Assembly (NCBI GenBank): GCA_963782045.1
Contig: CAWAIR010000036.1
Span: 32,828-96,827 of the forward strand
DNA length: 64,000 bases
DNA from: an uncultured Alphaproteobacteria bacterium
GTDB taxonomy: Bacteria > Pseudomonadota > Alphaproteobacteria > Rhizobiales > Kaistiaceae
Direction of reading: 5' to 3'
Below are positions 62,869-64,000 of the stretch, piece after piece. The notes under the pieces are model-generated. The model was not told the origin of the DNA. It saw nothing but the letters and a program-made list of their open reading frames with translations, and made no database searches. The position numbers and the translations under genes were made by a program. Each line of letters begins with the position of its first letter. Position 1 is the stretch's first letter.

Positions 62869-64000
62869 ATGGCCTTGGGCCTGAAACTGCCGAAAATCGC
62901 CCGCGACGGCTCTCTCGGCCTGATCAACCGGCTGCTGCGCGAGACCGGGCGCGAGTTCGCCGGGCGCTATGCCTGGGCCATCACCCTCAGCCTGGTCATC
63001 GCCGCCACCACCGCCTTCAACGCCTGGCTGATCAAGGACATCATCAACAAGGTGTTCTTCGACCGCAACGCCACCATGCTGTGGGTGCTGACCGCGGTCA
63101 TCGTCACCAACGGCTTCGTCCGCGGCTACAGCCTCTACGCCAGCTCGGTGACGCTCGGACGGATCGGCAACGCCGTGGTGGCGCGCGTCCAGGGCCGCCT
63201 CTTCGACCACATGCTCAATCTCGGCGTCGATTTCTACAACCGCACGCCGGCGAGCGACCTGGTCACGCGCATGTCGCACAATGCCATGTCGGCGCGCCAG
63301 GTTCTCGATACGGTGATCAACTCCGCCGGCCGCGATTTCCTGTCGCTGGTCGGGCTGATCATCGTCATGTTCATCCAGAGCCCGATGATGTCAGCTGATC
63401 ATCCTGGTGGTCGGCCCGATCTCCATCTTCGGCGTCAACAAGCTGGTCAAGCGCGTGCGCGGCGTCGCCCGTGCCCAGTTCTTCTCGCTGACCCATGTCG
63501 TCTCCGACATGCAGGAGACCGCGACCGGCATCCGCATCGTCAAGGCCTTCAACCTCGAACCGGTCATGCGCAAGCGCATGGCCGCCTCGATCGACGACGT
63601 GCGCGCCCGCTCCGACAAGATCGTGCAGATCGGCGCCCGCACCAGCCCGCTGATGGAAGTGCTCGGCGGCTTCGCCATCGCCATGATCGTGCTGTGGGCC
63701 GGCTACCAGACCATCTATTTCGGCGTGAAGCCGGGCGCGCTGATGTCGTTCATCGCGGCGATTGCCCTCGCCTACGAGCCGGCCAAGCGGCTCGCCCGCA
63801 TGCAGATCAACCTCGAGGCGGGGCTGGTCGGCGTGCGCCTGATGTACGAGCTTCTCGACACGCCGCCGACCATCAATACCAACCCGGACGGCCGGCGCTC
63901 GGTATCACCAAGGGCGAGGTCGTCTTCGACGCCGTCGATTTCGCCTATGACGAGGCGCGCCAGCCTCTTCCGCGGCTTCGATTTCACCGCCGCCGGCGGC
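62869..64000 (+). pseudogene. ABC exporter, fused permease/ATPase (MsbA-like), 5' part only, three frame breaks in the visible part
   Basis: ATG at 62869. The TMD reads MALGLK...FIQSPMMS, then LIILVVGPISIFGVNKLVKR...LMYELLDTPPTINTNPDG in the +1 frame from 63395. It shifts again to ALGITKGEVVFDAVDFAYDE (from about 63893) and back to LFRGFDFTAAGG (from about 63955). It runs off the right edge. Confidence 0.75.

Overview
This is a high-GC chromosomal segment that looks alphaproteobacterial (Hyphomicrobiales/Rhizobiales-like). It is densely packed with about 66 genes.

**Left third, core housekeeping:** accA (5' end only), xerD, aroK-aroB, a CNNM/TlyC membrane protein, bolA, a J-domain protein, cobS-cobT, an S9 peptidase, rpmB, a Suv3-like helicase, an S4-domain protein, fdxA, carD, rpoH and tRNA-Arg(CCU).

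**Middle, carbohydrate block:** a sugar ABC system, galT-galK, a ribulokinase-like FGGY kinase with araD facing araA, ytfQRT-yjfF, a GntR/FadR regulator, a D-TA-type PLP enzyme and ldhA.

**Right part:**
- a YehZYXW/OsmF-type osmoprotectant ABC system
- envelope and polysaccharide genes
- TusA and YdcF family genes
- a COG0523 GTPase
- a DD-carboxypeptidase
- a urease cluster arranged as ureD-A-B, a small reverse ORF, ureC, then GNAT, membrane protein and HAD genes, then ureE-F-G
- an M20 amidohydrolase
- the 5' part of an ABC exporter

I found no transposase, phage integrase, CRISPR array, prophage, or recognisable defence or toxin system.

**Most striking observation.** By hand translation I count 27 places where a conserved protein continues in another frame after what looks like a single-base gain (20) or loss (7). 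These affect 13 genes and cluster at 28.3-31.7 kb and 57.6-64.0 kb. Sequence or assembly error is the most parsimonious reading. Real gene decay is the alternative and can be tested.

I did not find convincing evidence for a new biological system. Lower-interest leads are listed: regulatory repeats, a sigma54-like promoter before ureD, an orphan reverse ORF between cobS and cobT, and a truncated dehydrogenase stub.

All calls rest on my own reading of motifs. No database search was run.
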